From assembly GCA_964580035.1 (NCBI GenBank), contig CAZOJC010000005.1, forward strand, positions 9,198-73,197: a stretch of DNA of 64,000 nt. Reading direction: 5' to 3'. The translations under genes were made by a program, and so were the position numbers. Source of the DNA: an uncultured Candidatus Peribacteria bacterium. Lineage in GTDB: Bacteria > Patescibacteriota > Gracilibacteria > Peribacterales > Peribacteraceae. The number at the start of each line of letters is the position of its first letter. Position 1 is the stretch's first letter. Positions 22,963-32,900 of this stretch are shown here, in pieces. Below the pieces are notes generated by a model. The model was not told where the DNA came from. It did not search any database and worked only from the letters and a program-made list of their open reading frames with translations.

Positions 22963-24927
22963 CTAGCGAGGTTCTTGGGTGTTATCGGATGCCTCGGTAT
23001 GAGCGGAGGCAGGCGAGGTAGTCAGTGTAGGTGATGATGTTTTTTCAGTCTCGTTCTTGATCAATTCCGATATTCTTACGGCTAATTCTGCTTCATTCAT
23101 TGTATTTGCAATGATAAGTAATGCTTGTAGCTTCTTAACATCGTAAGGCGGATTCATTGATAGTATTTTTTTTTGAATTTTATTTTGAAGCGAAACCAAC
23201 TGTGTTTTCAGTGAAGAAATGAGCACTTGATCCTGAAGTGGATTGCTGATTGCATTATTAGTTAGTATTTTCACTGCAATATATTTATCCCCAAGCCATT
23301 CCACGGTAGTTTCTTCAGTTTCAATTATTGAATTAATTTCAAAGCTTAAGTCTATAAATTGATTATTTAGATCGATCAATGCTTGTAAAGCAATCTTTAC
23401 ATCTTCATTCGCAGTATTTTTCATCTTGTCTGTCAGAATGTTCACCCTGATACGGGCATCAAATTCTCCCGATATGTTTTGCTGTATAGAGCGTAATTCT
23501 TGTTGTATTTCCGGACTCACATCGGTGAGTGGGAGTGGTGAGGAACTGGGCGTAGCTGTAGTGGCAGGAGCGTTATTAGCTTGATAAGGTGGTTTGGTTA
23601 GATTGGATACCTTGGCAGGAGCGAGAGACAAATCAGATTCAGCATCTCCCTGCTTGTTGATATCTTCTCCTGTCTGTGACTTTTCTTTATTGCTCGATTT
23701 TTCTATTGTCGGGCTGCGAGTAGCAGTAGCTCCGGTAGGTGCTTTTGCAGCAGGAGGCGAAGTAGGAGCGGGAGGCGAATCAGGCGTAGAAGATTCTTCC
23801 CGACTTTCAGTTCTCGGAGTGGTCGTTTCTCTCTTGATAAATTCTTTAAGAGATTTTTCGAGATTTGTATCACGAATAGTGCAACCTTGTACTTTAGCTA
23901 AAAGTGATTTTGCCTCGTTTTTTTGCACATCGCTGATAGGGTACTGATCGGATGACTCAAATGCTTCTTCCCCGCTGTTGGGAAAAAGTAAGTCACTACA
24001 TTGTGTATTCAGATCTAGTAATTCTATCAAGTCACTAGCATATCTACCTTCGTATTGCTTCAATTCATCTGTAAGGATCCTGATCCTTTTACTGATATCT
24101 ACTTCATCCTTTAAATTCTTTTCTATTTCTTTTTTCCATTTTTCATTTTCACTCGCTTCATCAGGATTATGAGTATCTATCGGAGGGCTGCTTGTAGAAG
24201 TAGCAGGAACAGCAGCAGGAGCTGGAGCAGCAGCAGTAGGAACTGGAGCTAGAGTAGCTGCAGGAGCTTGAGCTGGAGCAGCAGTAGGAGCTGGAGCAGG
24301 AACAGCAAGTTGAGGTGTATTGAGGAAATTCACTCTCTTCCACTGTCCTCCGTTGATTGAATAGCTATATCCAAGGCCCTTTGTTTGAATGGTAAGGCTA
24401 TTTTGACCGTAGGGTCTGTCCACCTGATAATCATTTCCATTTAAATTCCCAAATTGTGTTGTCTGAGGAGTGATCTGAATCGGATTATGGTAACTATCGA
24501 ACAAAATTGAGACGTTGTCATAAGGTGTAATGTCTAAACGAGAATCGCTAGTGTGGAATTTTGTTTCCACATCACGAGATCCTATCAATGATGAACTTTC
24601 AGCAGTATTCATTTGCTGTTCATAGCCAGCTAAAAGTCCACTCAGCTGAGGAGCAGTGAGGCCGTTCAGTTGGCTATTAAACGTGTTGAGATGGGCGAGC
24701 CATTGATTTCCCAAATTCTCATTATTTCTTTCTTTGCAGAGACGTGCCATCTCCAGCATCCTGACCCTCACATTATCTGCTCTCGCGAGCATTTTTTGCA
24801 TCTCTGCGGCGCTTCCCTCTCCTGGTGTGCTGGTAGGTGCAGTAGGAGCAGACTCAGTAGAAGGAAATTTATACACTCTCCTCTCCTCTGCAAAACTGTG
24901 ACCGTAGAACGAATGTGTGTGTTTCAT
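22963..24927 (-). CDS. Hypothetical 654-aa protein with duplicated helical module and Ala/Pro/Thr-rich linkers
   Basis: Two similar modules: DISKRIRILTDELK...LLDLNTQCSDLLF (24061-24110 region) and FDARIRVNILTDKMK...LIDLNNQFIDLSF (23421-23460 region). A/P linker PAPAPTAAPAQAPAATLAPVPTAAAPAPAAVPA. Confidence 0.7.
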   Translation of the reverse strand: MKHTHSFYGHSFAEERRVYKFPSTESAPTAPTSTPGEGSAAEMQKMLARADNVRVRMLEMARLCKERNNENLGNQWLAHLNTFNSQLNGLTAPQLSGLLAGYEQQMNTAESSSLIGSRDVETKFHTSDSRLDITPYDNVSILFDSYHNPIQITPQTTQFGNLNGNDYQVDRPYGQNSLTIQTKGLGYSYSINGGQWKRVNFLNTPQLAVPAPAPTAAPAQAPAATLAPVPTAAAPAPAAVPATSTSSPPIDTHNPDEASENEKWKKEIEKNLKDEVDISKRIRILTDELKQYEGRYASDLIELLDLNTQCSDLLFPNSGEEAFESSDQYPISDVQKNEAKSLLAKVQGCTIRDTNLEKSLKEFIKRETTTPRTESREESSTPDSPPAPTSPPAAKAPTGATATRSPTIEKSSNKEKSQTGEDINKQGDAESDLSLAPAKVSNLTKPPYQANNAPATTATPSSSPLPLTDVSPEIQQELRSIQQNISGEFDARIRVNILTDKMKNTANEDVKIALQALIDLNNQFIDLSFEINSIIETEETTVEWLGDKYIAVKILTNNAISNPLQDQVLISSLKTQLVSLQNKIQKKILSMNPPYDVKKLQALLIIANTMNEAELAVRISELIKNETEKTSSPTLTTSPASAHTEASDNTQEPR

Positions 24928-24945
24928 AATGGTCTGGCAAAAGAA

Positions 24946-25266
24946 TTAGAGAGCATTAATAGCTGCTTCAGCAGTGGCGAGATCGCCCTCTTGAGTCGCA
25001 TGTTCATCGTCATGACGCATAGCGCGCTCTGCAGTAGCAATCTTGTGCTCGGCCTCCACGATAATTTTCTCCATTTCTTGGAGTGCAATGCGCGAATCTT
25101 CCTCAGCCATCTTATCTTGGTCTTCATTCATCTTCACGAGGTCTTGGTAGAGCGCTTCACGCTTTTCTGGCGTGAGTGCGAGTGAGAGGCTGAGAATGCG
25201 AGGATGCTCAGCAGTGTCGATGTGCGTGAGAGAGGGGAGCTTTTGCATGAATGTGTCGTGCGTCAT
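24946..25266 (-). CDS. Small (106-aa) acidic helical hypothetical protein
   Basis: Start at MTHDTFMQKL makes an ATGA overlap with the upstream stop at 25263. Motif SLALTPEKREALYQDLVKMNEDQ is shared with ORF 36745-36987. Confidence 0.55.
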   Translation of the reverse strand: MTHDTFMQKLPSLTHIDTAEHPRILSLSLALTPEKREALYQDLVKMNEDQDKMAEEDSRIALQEMEKIIVEAEHKIATAERAMRHDDEHATQEGDLATAEAAINAL

Positions 25267-26072
25267 TGGGAAGGGGAGGAAGTGGATTTGTTGGGCTGCC
25301 AAGTGTAATCACCAAGCGCTTTTGCTAGAGCTTTCTTCCATTCTCCTTTATCGTTAGGATTGATGTAGATAACAGGCACGCTGCCGCGCGGAATCATGGG
25401 CCCAGCAATTCTGAGGCGGTAACCGGCGGAAGGATCTTGACGAATGTCGAACGTGATACCCGCTTTCTTGGCCTTCACGAGGAGATTTAGGAGTTCAGAA
25501 TCGCTGGCGTTCAGTTTGAGGTACTCCGGTACCGTATATTCTGTGTCTCCGTCTACAGAGCGGGAAAAATATCTCTCGAGAGGCCGAGAATCGGATGCTT
25601 TGGGATACGTAAGCATGCTCGCTACTAATCGTGGAAAACTTATAATGCCGCCTGCTCCAGGAATCATGCTCATCATTTGCTCAGTTTCTTCTGTACGCTG
25701 CTGATTCAATGTAACTTCACGCTCAGTAAGCTGATTTTCATAGAACCGAAGATGCTTATCGAGCGTTTGTAACTTTTGGTCTGCACCGACATTCTGCTTG
25801 AAGCTCCAGTGTGAATAGTGATCGGTCACTTTCGCGCGCCACTCCTGCCAAGCCTTCCTTTGCGCTGGCAAGTGAGTGATCATAGAGTCAATTCTCTCTA
25901 ACACCTTCGCTAATCGCACATCCAATGCACGCTTCTTTGTATCAAAATCTCTTCTTTGTTCATTCTGTTCACTGCCCCCAGTAATGGCATTCTTTACTCT
26001 CTCAAGAAACTGAAAGTGAAGCAGGCGAGATTCGCTAGAACGCTGAGAGTGAAAGAGTGTTGTGCGTGTCAT
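25263..26072 (-). CDS. Hypothetical 269-aa protein (first gene of the four-gene operon)
   Basis: Intact ORF. An extended -10 lies 20 nt upstream. No family recognised. Confidence 0.65.
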   Translation of the reverse strand: MTRTTLFHSQRSSESRLLHFQFLERVKNAITGGSEQNEQRRDFDTKKRALDVRLAKVLERIDSMITHLPAQRKAWQEWRAKVTDHYSHWSFKQNVGADQKLQTLDKHLRFYENQLTEREVTLNQQRTEETEQMMSMIPGAGGIISFPRLVASMLTYPKASDSRPLERYFSRSVDGDTEYTVPEYLKLNASDSELLNLLVKAKKAGITFDIRQDPSAGYRLRIAGPMIPRGSVPVIYINPNDKGEWKKALAKALGDYTWQPNKSTSSPSQ

Positions 26073-26092
26073 ATGTGAGGAGGAATCCTATC

Positions 26093-26101
26093 ATTATAAC
26101 A
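26093..26101 (-). promoter_or_regulatory. Extended -10 element TGTTATAAT upstream of the four-gene operon
   Basis: The minus strand reads TGTTATAAT, ending 20 nt before the ATG at 26072. The -35 region is weak (TGTCAA). Confidence 0.4.
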
Positions 26102-26154
26102 TACGGTTCACTCTTTTGACAGTGATTCACTCGCTGTATCTGAGAAGGCGGCTA

Positions 26155-26766
26155 TTATTTGGAGCAAGTCCGGTTTGATATATGAAATTTCTTGAGCAGC
26201 ATGAGGGCATCAAACACTTTAGAACTTATTTTTACATGTGGTGTAAAACAGCCGTGTATGCCTTGCTCTGTATTACGCATTGTTATGGTAAGGTCTGCAT
26301 TTAAATGAGATCGGAATTGATCATAATTCAGAGCAGAAGAACCTTTGTTGACTTCCACATATCTCACTATGAGTGCATCTTTCAGAAGTAATAGAATACA
26401 ATGAGGCATTTTGAGCGACGTATAGGCCTCATTTTGCTTGCAGACAGCATTTTCCCCCGCATGCGCGAAAGCAGTCTCTAATAATTTCTTTACTTCATTA
26501 ATCATAGGATAACTCTCAAATGTGCAGATATAGTTGCCAGCATTCGACCGTTCATACTCTCCTGTAATAATATGTGAAACAGTATTGGCCAATTTACACA
26601 CTTCGATAATTTGGATTTCTGAAAAATGAAGATATGAACCACTTACAAAACATTGAATGAGGAATTCTGCAGTTATTTTCAGCAAGTCTAGTTCGCCAGG
26701 ACATTGTATTTTTGGGGTATTGGTGGAGGTAGAAAGAAAACCATTTTTTTTATCCTTCCTCCGCAA
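26155..26766 (-). CDS. Hypothetical protein, possibly the 3' portion of a gene interrupted by the IS element
   Basis: 203-aa AT-rich ORF whose only upstream start is a TTG lying inside the GC-rich IS left end. Confidence 0.4.
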   Translation of the reverse strand: MRRKDKKNGFLSTSTNTPKIQCPGELDLLKITAEFLIQCFVSGSYLHFSEIQIIEVCKLANTVSHIITGEYERSNAGNYICTFESYPMINEVKKLLETAFAHAGENAVCKQNEAYTSLKMPHCILLLLKDALIVRYVEVNKGSSALNYDQFRSHLNADLTITMRNTEQGIHGCFTPHVKISSKVFDALMLLKKFHISNRTCSK

Positions 26767-27295
26767 AACCCCCGGCGTCAGCCGGGTGGATGAAGGGGAT
26801 CCGGCATCGTTGGTCTAGAATTGCAGCATGCAGCATCAGTACAAAAGGCAGTCCAATTGTGTGTATCATTGCATCTACCACCTTGTTCTCTGCACAAAAT
26901 ACCGACGCAAGATTTTCAACGACGGAATTTTTGCGTACATGCGCGAAATCCTTAGAGAGATCCCCGCCCACTATCCCGAAGTGGAGATCCTCGAGATCAA
27001 TCATGACAAAGACCATGTTCATCTCATGCTCTGGATTCCACCCAAAATGTCCGTTGGTAAGGTGGTGAACATTCTCAAAGTGAACACCGCTCGTCACCTC
27101 AAGCAAAAATTTCCCTTCTTGAAAGAAGTCTACTGGGGAACAGATGGCATCTGGTCAGACAGTTATTTTGTATCCACCGTTGGTATCAACGAAGAGATTA
27201 TTCGAAAATACATTGAGCATCAGGGCAGGGAAGATGCCGGACAGCAACGGCTGAAACTCGTGTAAGCCACCACCGTAAGGTGGTGGTAGTTCACT
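26755..27295 (+). mobile_element. IS200/IS605-family insertion sequence (tnpA only); boundaries approximate
   Basis: A GC-rich ~540-bp segment inside AT-rich DNA. Subterminal hairpins CCCGGC-GTCA-GCCGGG (26771-26786) and CCACCACC-GTAA-GGTGGTGG (27267-27286) flank a Y1 transposase gene. Confidence 0.7.
26828..27265 (+). CDS. tnpA: IS200/IS605 family Y1 (HUH) transposase TnpA
   Basis: YHLVLCTKYRRKIF, HUH motif DHVHLML and catalytic-Tyr region WSDSYFVSTVG. 145 aa. Confidence 0.9.
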   Translation: MQHQYKRQSNCVYHCIYHLVLCTKYRRKIFNDGIFAYMREILREIPAHYPEVEILEINHDKDHVHLMLWIPPKMSVGKVVNILKVNTARHLKQKFPFLKEVYWGTDGIWSDSYFVSTVGINEEIIRKYIEHQGREDAGQQRLKLV

Positions 27296-27562
27296 GGCTT
27301 CAAAATAATCTACCAATGCCGATATTTCTTGCCATGATTTATCATCGGAGTTTGTAGTGAGTAGGATTGCAAATGCATTTTTCAAAATTATTTGGGATTG
27401 ATTTCTATGAACAGTAGTACAATATTTTAGTAAAAATGCATTTACTATACACTGTACGTATTCTCCTTTGAATATTAGATCAAATTCCGAATTTCGCATA
27501 TTGAGTATATAGCGAGCTCGATCCTGTAAGCCATTATCAGAATTTCCGTTCTGAGTATTCAT
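27155..27562 (-). CDS. Hypothetical ORF, probably the 5' portion of the IS-interrupted gene; the last ~45 codons read into the IS right end
   Basis: AT-rich up to ~27292. The ORF then continues through the IS hairpin (encoding ELPPPYGGG) and antisense to the tnpA 3' end. Confidence 0.35.
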   Translation of the reverse strand: MNTQNGNSDNGLQDRARYILNMRNSEFDLIFKGEYVQCIVNAFLLKYCTTVHRNQSQIILKNAFAILLTTNSDDKSWQEISALVDYFEASELPPPYGGGLHEFQPLLSGIFPALMLNVFSNNLFVDTNGGYKITV

Positions 27563-27717
27563 TATAATATAATTAAAAACCTTATTACAAATTTGTCAAT
27601 AATACTGCCACAATATGTGTGTTATTGGCTTATTCATGAGGAATAATGACTGTTCCATGAAAATGTATTCGCAGAGATGAGCATACAACAATAGTACTGA
27701 TGAGTGTGCACACGTAC

Positions 27718-28896
27718 TCACTCCACCCAAAGCAGCAGGCTCTTTAAGTAATCCACTTCAGGGTGATAGAGATTCACCGGATGATCGAACGCTTGACGAT
27801 GACGCTGAAGAATGCGCACATTTCGCCGCGCTTGTCTGGCCGCATGGAAGACAATGGTTTGAAATGTCTGCGGATCGATTTGGTACGAGCATGAGCAGGT
27901 GAGGAGCATGCCTCCCGGAGGAAGAATCTGCATCGCCATGCGGTTCATGTCGACGTACGCGCCCTTGGCTTGATCGATGTCCGTACTCCGCTTAGCGAAT
28001 GCCGGCGGGTCGAGAATGATGAAGTCGTAGGGCTTGAGAGCAGGACGCTTGCGGAGAAAGTCGAAGACATCCACAGCGTGAGCATCGAACTGCGATGCAT
28101 CGATGCCGTTTATCTGCATGTGCTCTCTCGCCCGTGTGAGCGCAGCTTCATCGTAATCAACCGCATCGGCAGAGAGTGCTCCGCCCATGAGCGCGGACAG
28201 AGAAAAGCCGCCAACGTAACTGCAGCAGTCCAGCACCACCCGTCCAGCCGCAGTGGATCGAACGAGGCTGCGCATGTCTCGCTGATCTAAAAAGAGCCCC
28301 GTTTTCTGGCTACCTTCAAGACTGATGAGAAATTGAAGCCCTCTCTCAACTACAGAGATCACTCCTTCTCTTTTGCCAGAGAGCCACCCTTCGCGGGGTT
28401 CCAGTCCTTCTTGTTTCCGACCGCTTCCCGTAGATTTCTCGAAAATCGCTTCAGGTCCGCACAATTCCTTAAGAAGGCTCACGAGCCAGTCTCGCAGGCG
28501 TTCCATGCCAAGAGTTGTGAGCTGCAGTACCAGGGTCGTTCCGTACTGATCCACGATGAGGCCGGGAATACCGTCTCCTTCAGCATTGACGAGGCGAAAC
28601 GCAGTTGTTTCGCTACCAGAAAAGAATGCCTTTCTCATCTCAATTGATCGCTTGATGCTTCTGCGAAGGCTCTCGAGAGGGTCTCCTTCTTCAAACGCTA
28701 TTGCCCGTAAACAAATGTATGCCTTCAGATTCACCGTTGCGTAGCAGAGGAAGCTGCCTTCATGACTGACGACGCGTACGATGCTGCCTGTCTTGATGCC
28801 TTCCAGCGACTGGATGGCATTTTTGTACACCGAATGATGCTTGTTTTTAAGGTGTGCGTCTCGGCCTGGCTTGAGCGTCACTGTGAGGTACGACAT
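27718..28896 (-). CDS. rlmI: Class I SAM-dependent 23S rRNA (cytosine-C5) methyltransferase, RlmI-like (PUA + MTase)
   Basis: Start at MSYLTVTLKPGRDAHLKNKHHSVYKNAI (PUA-like). VLDCCSYVGGFSL and FIILDPPAF motifs. Confidence 0.8.
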   Translation of the reverse strand: MSYLTVTLKPGRDAHLKNKHHSVYKNAIQSLEGIKTGSIVRVVSHEGSFLCYATVNLKAYICLRAIAFEEGDPLESLRRSIKRSIEMRKAFFSGSETTAFRLVNAEGDGIPGLIVDQYGTTLVLQLTTLGMERLRDWLVSLLKELCGPEAIFEKSTGSGRKQEGLEPREGWLSGKREGVISVVERGLQFLISLEGSQKTGLFLDQRDMRSLVRSTAAGRVVLDCCSYVGGFSLSALMGGALSADAVDYDEAALTRAREHMQINGIDASQFDAHAVDVFDFLRKRPALKPYDFIILDPPAFAKRSTDIDQAKGAYVDMNRMAMQILPPGGMLLTCSCSYQIDPQTFQTIVFHAARQARRNVRILQRHRQAFDHPVNLYHPEVDYLKSLLLWVE

Positions 28897-28904
28897 ACGA
28901 GGCA

Positions 28905-29885
28905 CTATGCAATCGGCGGCATATCGCACACGAGTTTGGGGGGCAACACTTTGTGTGTTGGCACCTTGCCTGCATGCCACTCGTGGATGGATTGGAATGT
29001 CTCGGTGAACATCTTGTGCATACTGTCATCCGCGTAGAAGGCGATGTGAGGAGTGGCGACGACATTTGGATGACTCGTGAGCTCCTTATTTTCCTCAAAG
29101 TTTGATTCATGCTCCATCACGTCCAAAAGCGCTCTCGACACTTTTCCGCTCTCAAGAGCTTTGAGAAGGGCCTTGCTGTCGATGAGGCTGCCGCGCGCGG
29201 TATTCACCAGAATCACGCCGTCTTTCATCTGAGCGAAGACGGCATCATTGAGGAGGTGATTGGTGGAAGGCATAGCAGGTACATGGAGCGTAATGATGTC
29301 GCTACCTGCAATCATCTCGGCAAATGAGACGTACTTCACGCCAAAAAATTCCTGTAGCTCCATGGTGCGACATTGATCTACCGCGAGGATCGTCATGCCA
29401 AAGCCAAAGGCAATGCGAGCCACAGCTCTGCCGATCTTGCCGGTCCCGAGAATGCCAATTGTCTTATTCTTGAGCGCAACGCCTCGCAGCCCTCTGTAAT
29501 CAAATTCTCCGCTCGACACACGCTTATCGCCCTCCGGAATATGTCTGAGCGTGGAGAGCAGCAGCGCGAAGACGTGCTCGGCTATGACGTGCGATCCGTA
29601 ATCCGGCACATTGCAGACGATGATGCCCTTCTCCTCGCAGGCTGCGATATCGATGTGATCAAAGCCGACAGATCGCGTGCAGAGGAGCCTGAGCTTTGGG
29701 AGCTTCTCGATTACTGCTTTTGTAAACTGCGTGTAGATGAAGGGGGAAATCACCTCGGCATCGCGGCAGAGAGAGATGAGTGCATCTCCCGCAAGGGAGC
29801 CGTCACCAAAGACGGCATCGGGGAATTCAGCGAGAACGAACGGGCGATCTTCTGGCTCAGTATCAAGAAAGAGAGGGGCAGACAT
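28905..29885 (-). CDS. D-isomer-specific 2-hydroxyacid dehydrogenase
   Basis: NAD-binding motif GILGTGKIGRAVARIA; NTARG; TPHIAF catalytic His region. Confidence 0.85.
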   Translation of the reverse strand: MSAPLFLDTEPEDRPFVLAEFPDAVFGDGSLAGDALISLCRDAEVISPFIYTQFTKAVIEKLPKLRLLCTRSVGFDHIDIAACEEKGIIVCNVPDYGSHVIAEHVFALLLSTLRHIPEGDKRVSSGEFDYRGLRGVALKNKTIGILGTGKIGRAVARIAFGFGMTILAVDQCRTMELQEFFGVKYVSFAEMIAGSDIITLHVPAMPSTNHLLNDAVFAQMKDGVILVNTARGSLIDSKALLKALESGKVSRALLDVMEHESNFEENKELTSHPNVVATPHIAFYADDSMHKMFTETFQSIHEWHAGKVPTHKVLPPKLVCDMPPIA

Positions 29886-29935
29886 ACGGGCGAAGTATAG
29901 AGCCGAAGCTGTGTATAGGCGAATGTATTTGGAAT

Positions 29936-32900
29936 TCAGAGGCCACGCTTCTCACAACGAGAATTGACAATTTCTGCGTACACCGAAGCGCCGACAATGA
30001 GAATGGCGCTGAGAAGCAGCAGCGGAGTTGGTTTCACAGAGTGAACGGCAAACACCTCGAGAGAGAATGTGATGAGAATGGAAAGATTGAACATCATGTA
30101 TGCCAAGTAGCCGTCAATACGCTTGAAAGCGGCGTAATTGAGCAATTGTCCGATGCCCACAAAGAGCCCGATCCCCATACCGAAGAGGAGAGTTCGCAAC
30201 GTTAGCCCGTGCAGTATTGCAGGATTCCATAAAGTGAGCGCGATCATTCCAGGAGCCGTACAAATGAGTAGGCAAAGGAAAATGTGAATATTAAGAAGGA
30301 ATCCATTAACCGATCGATAGCGCTTGCAGTACTCGATTTGGCTAATGGTCACTAGCACATCAAAAAAAGTGGAAATCATCGCAAGGATGTCTCCGGTGAC
30401 AGACGAAGATGCAGAGAGATATTTTGTATTGAATACAAGCAAGGAACTGCCGATGCCCGCCATCACTGCGAGGAGAAAAATGATGAGGATAGTGCGCGGT
30501 TGCCGCAAATACGGAATCTCTCGTCGCCAGAACACGGCAGCAATGAGTAGCCCTATCACAGGCGCGAAATTATTGAATAGGAGAAGATTGGTACCGCTGG
30601 TGTAGATCAGACTGGCATTTTTAAAGTACATAACACCAATTTGTCCGATAACGAAGAGGGTAAAAAATCGATCATAGACTAGAGAGAACGAAACATTCTT
30701 TTTTTTCATTCGCTGCCGCACGTACGTTGCGCCGTAGACGATGAGAGAAGGAATGAGTACGCCAAGGCCGAGGAGAAAGGTTCTGAGGAACGGTGAGAGA
30801 TCGTTGGCAGGTGTGTACTTGATGTAAATGGGTTCGAGTCCCCAGACAAAAATAGCGGCGAGTCGTATGGCATACCCCACTCTCTTGCGTCGTCGAATGG
30901 ATTTCCAATCGGCTGCGGAAATGTGTGTGCTGCGAGATTTCTCGATAACAGAGAAGAGCGCTTCTGCCTGAAAAAAGCGGTAGCCGATGAAGAGGAGGGA
31001 GAGCACGAAGAGCGCAAGTAAGGGCAGAATGCTCACGTCAGATTGAGTGCTCAAAAGCCGCAGAACAATGAGGAGAAGAGCGATGATATTGAACAGGAAG
31101 CCAACGCCGACAAACCATCGATCGGTGCGCATGCGCACGATGTATTTCTGCATCAGCCGCAGGAGTAGGGTATTGGCAATGAGCACCGGCACGAGAGGGA
31201 GTGAATGCATGATTGCGCGAGGGATGCCCGGTGTGGGGAGCCAATACTGATACTGTGGGAGGAATATCACATCAGCGAGGAGGAACGCGAACGACACGCA
31301 AAAAGCGCCTACGAGCAGAGCGTTATCCCGATACGGAACGAGCGATTGCACTGAAGAAACGGCATCCTGCCGTTCCAGCGCATCGATGAAATCCGCATAG
31401 TGAAGGCGATCTGATGCGCTGCCAATGAGAATGATGGAGAAGACGCCAGTTTTGCTATCGAAACGCACGCGAGTACTTCGGATATCGATTCCTTTGGTGC
31501 GGCTGAACTCAACGAGCGAAGAGAGAACATCGTGCTGCCGTTCCTGCACTCCCGTAACACACAGGCGAAAGGTGTACCGAGAAGGACGATGCCGAGAAAA
31601 ACACCTCCCCTGAGAAGTGTCGCTGAAGACTGCGAATACCAATTCACGAGGCCGAAGACTTCCTTCACCAATCATGGCGAGCACTTCACTGAAGTGTGCG
31701 CGACGAAACAGTGCTGCAGCTTTCTGCCGATCCGATTTCCGAATCTCATGAAGAGGGCCGCGATTGTAGCGATCCATTTCCGTCTGCAGGAGGCTCGCAC
31801 CGAGGGCTATTTTGTCTTCACGACTTCGCTTTTTAAGCACATCGACCACATGACTCCTCGCATTGCTCGTGATGACGTACTTGAGCCACTCGGCATCGAC
31901 GTGTTCTTGTCGGCTGTCTATTTCCATGTACACCATATCATCCTCTTCGAGGGCATGAGAGAGCGAGACGGTTCTTCCGGCCACGCGTGCGGCGACCGAT
32001 GCATTTGCTCGCGCTCCGAACGCGACGTACGCAGCATCCAGGACAGTGCCACCTCTCGGCAGAGACACGCGAATGTCATTTACGATGACGACAATGCTTT
32101 CCTGTAAAATATCTGATTCCAATCCCTGCCAGAATGCTTGGCTGCTCTCGCGGGTAGTAAGATCGAGATCTTCCGATCTCTTCAGCCACGGAAATTGCGA
32201 GAGAGGATCTATCGACTCTTTTCCAAAGAGACTCGTGACAATGCCCTTCTCAGCTTGTTCGTGCATGGACATCGTACGGATACGTATCTCGACGGCTTCC
32301 CCTGTTTTCAGCGTGACGGTTGTGTGAAGGCTGCGGTATCCGGCTGTACCGGGAGTGGCGATGTAATCGCGAAATTGCGCATGGACGGGACGAAACAGCG
32401 TGTGGAGCGATTTCAGGAGTTGGTAGCAGTCATGTTCAGTGCGAACGATAGCAATGATTGAGTACGCATCACATCCGACCATGTCCTGCGTTCTTGTTGC
32501 TCTCTTGAGAGAGGCGCACACATCGTTCGGCTGCAAGAAGAGATCGACTATAGATGTCTGCAATCCATGCGTATCAAGCGACGAACGTATCTCTCCGACG
32601 AGAGAGGCTCCACTCTCTATCCGCTCGCTCTGTCTTTTGATGAATGCCGCTCCCTCTGCGTACACAAGAGGCACGCACACATCACTGTATTCGCAGTACA
32701 CTGCTCGCATGCCAAGGTGCACAGCCAACTTGTAGTACAGATCCATTGTTTCTTTTGCAAAGCGCTTCTTTCGATCACCCTGCAGAAAGTGAATGGTGCG
32801 AATATTGTGGAGTCTGTCGGCAAGCTTGATGATGATCACGCGGATGTCTCTCCGCATAACCTCAAACAGCCGCCTCACCGTTTCAATTTTAGTGTCGAGT

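Noticed and set aside
24185-24305. Short reiterated GCAGCAGGAGCTGGAGCA units, considered as a tandem-repeat or CRISPR-like locus
   Set aside because: The units are irregular and lack spacers. They lie in frame inside a long ORF, where they encode an Ala/Pro linker. This is low-complexity coding sequence, not an array.
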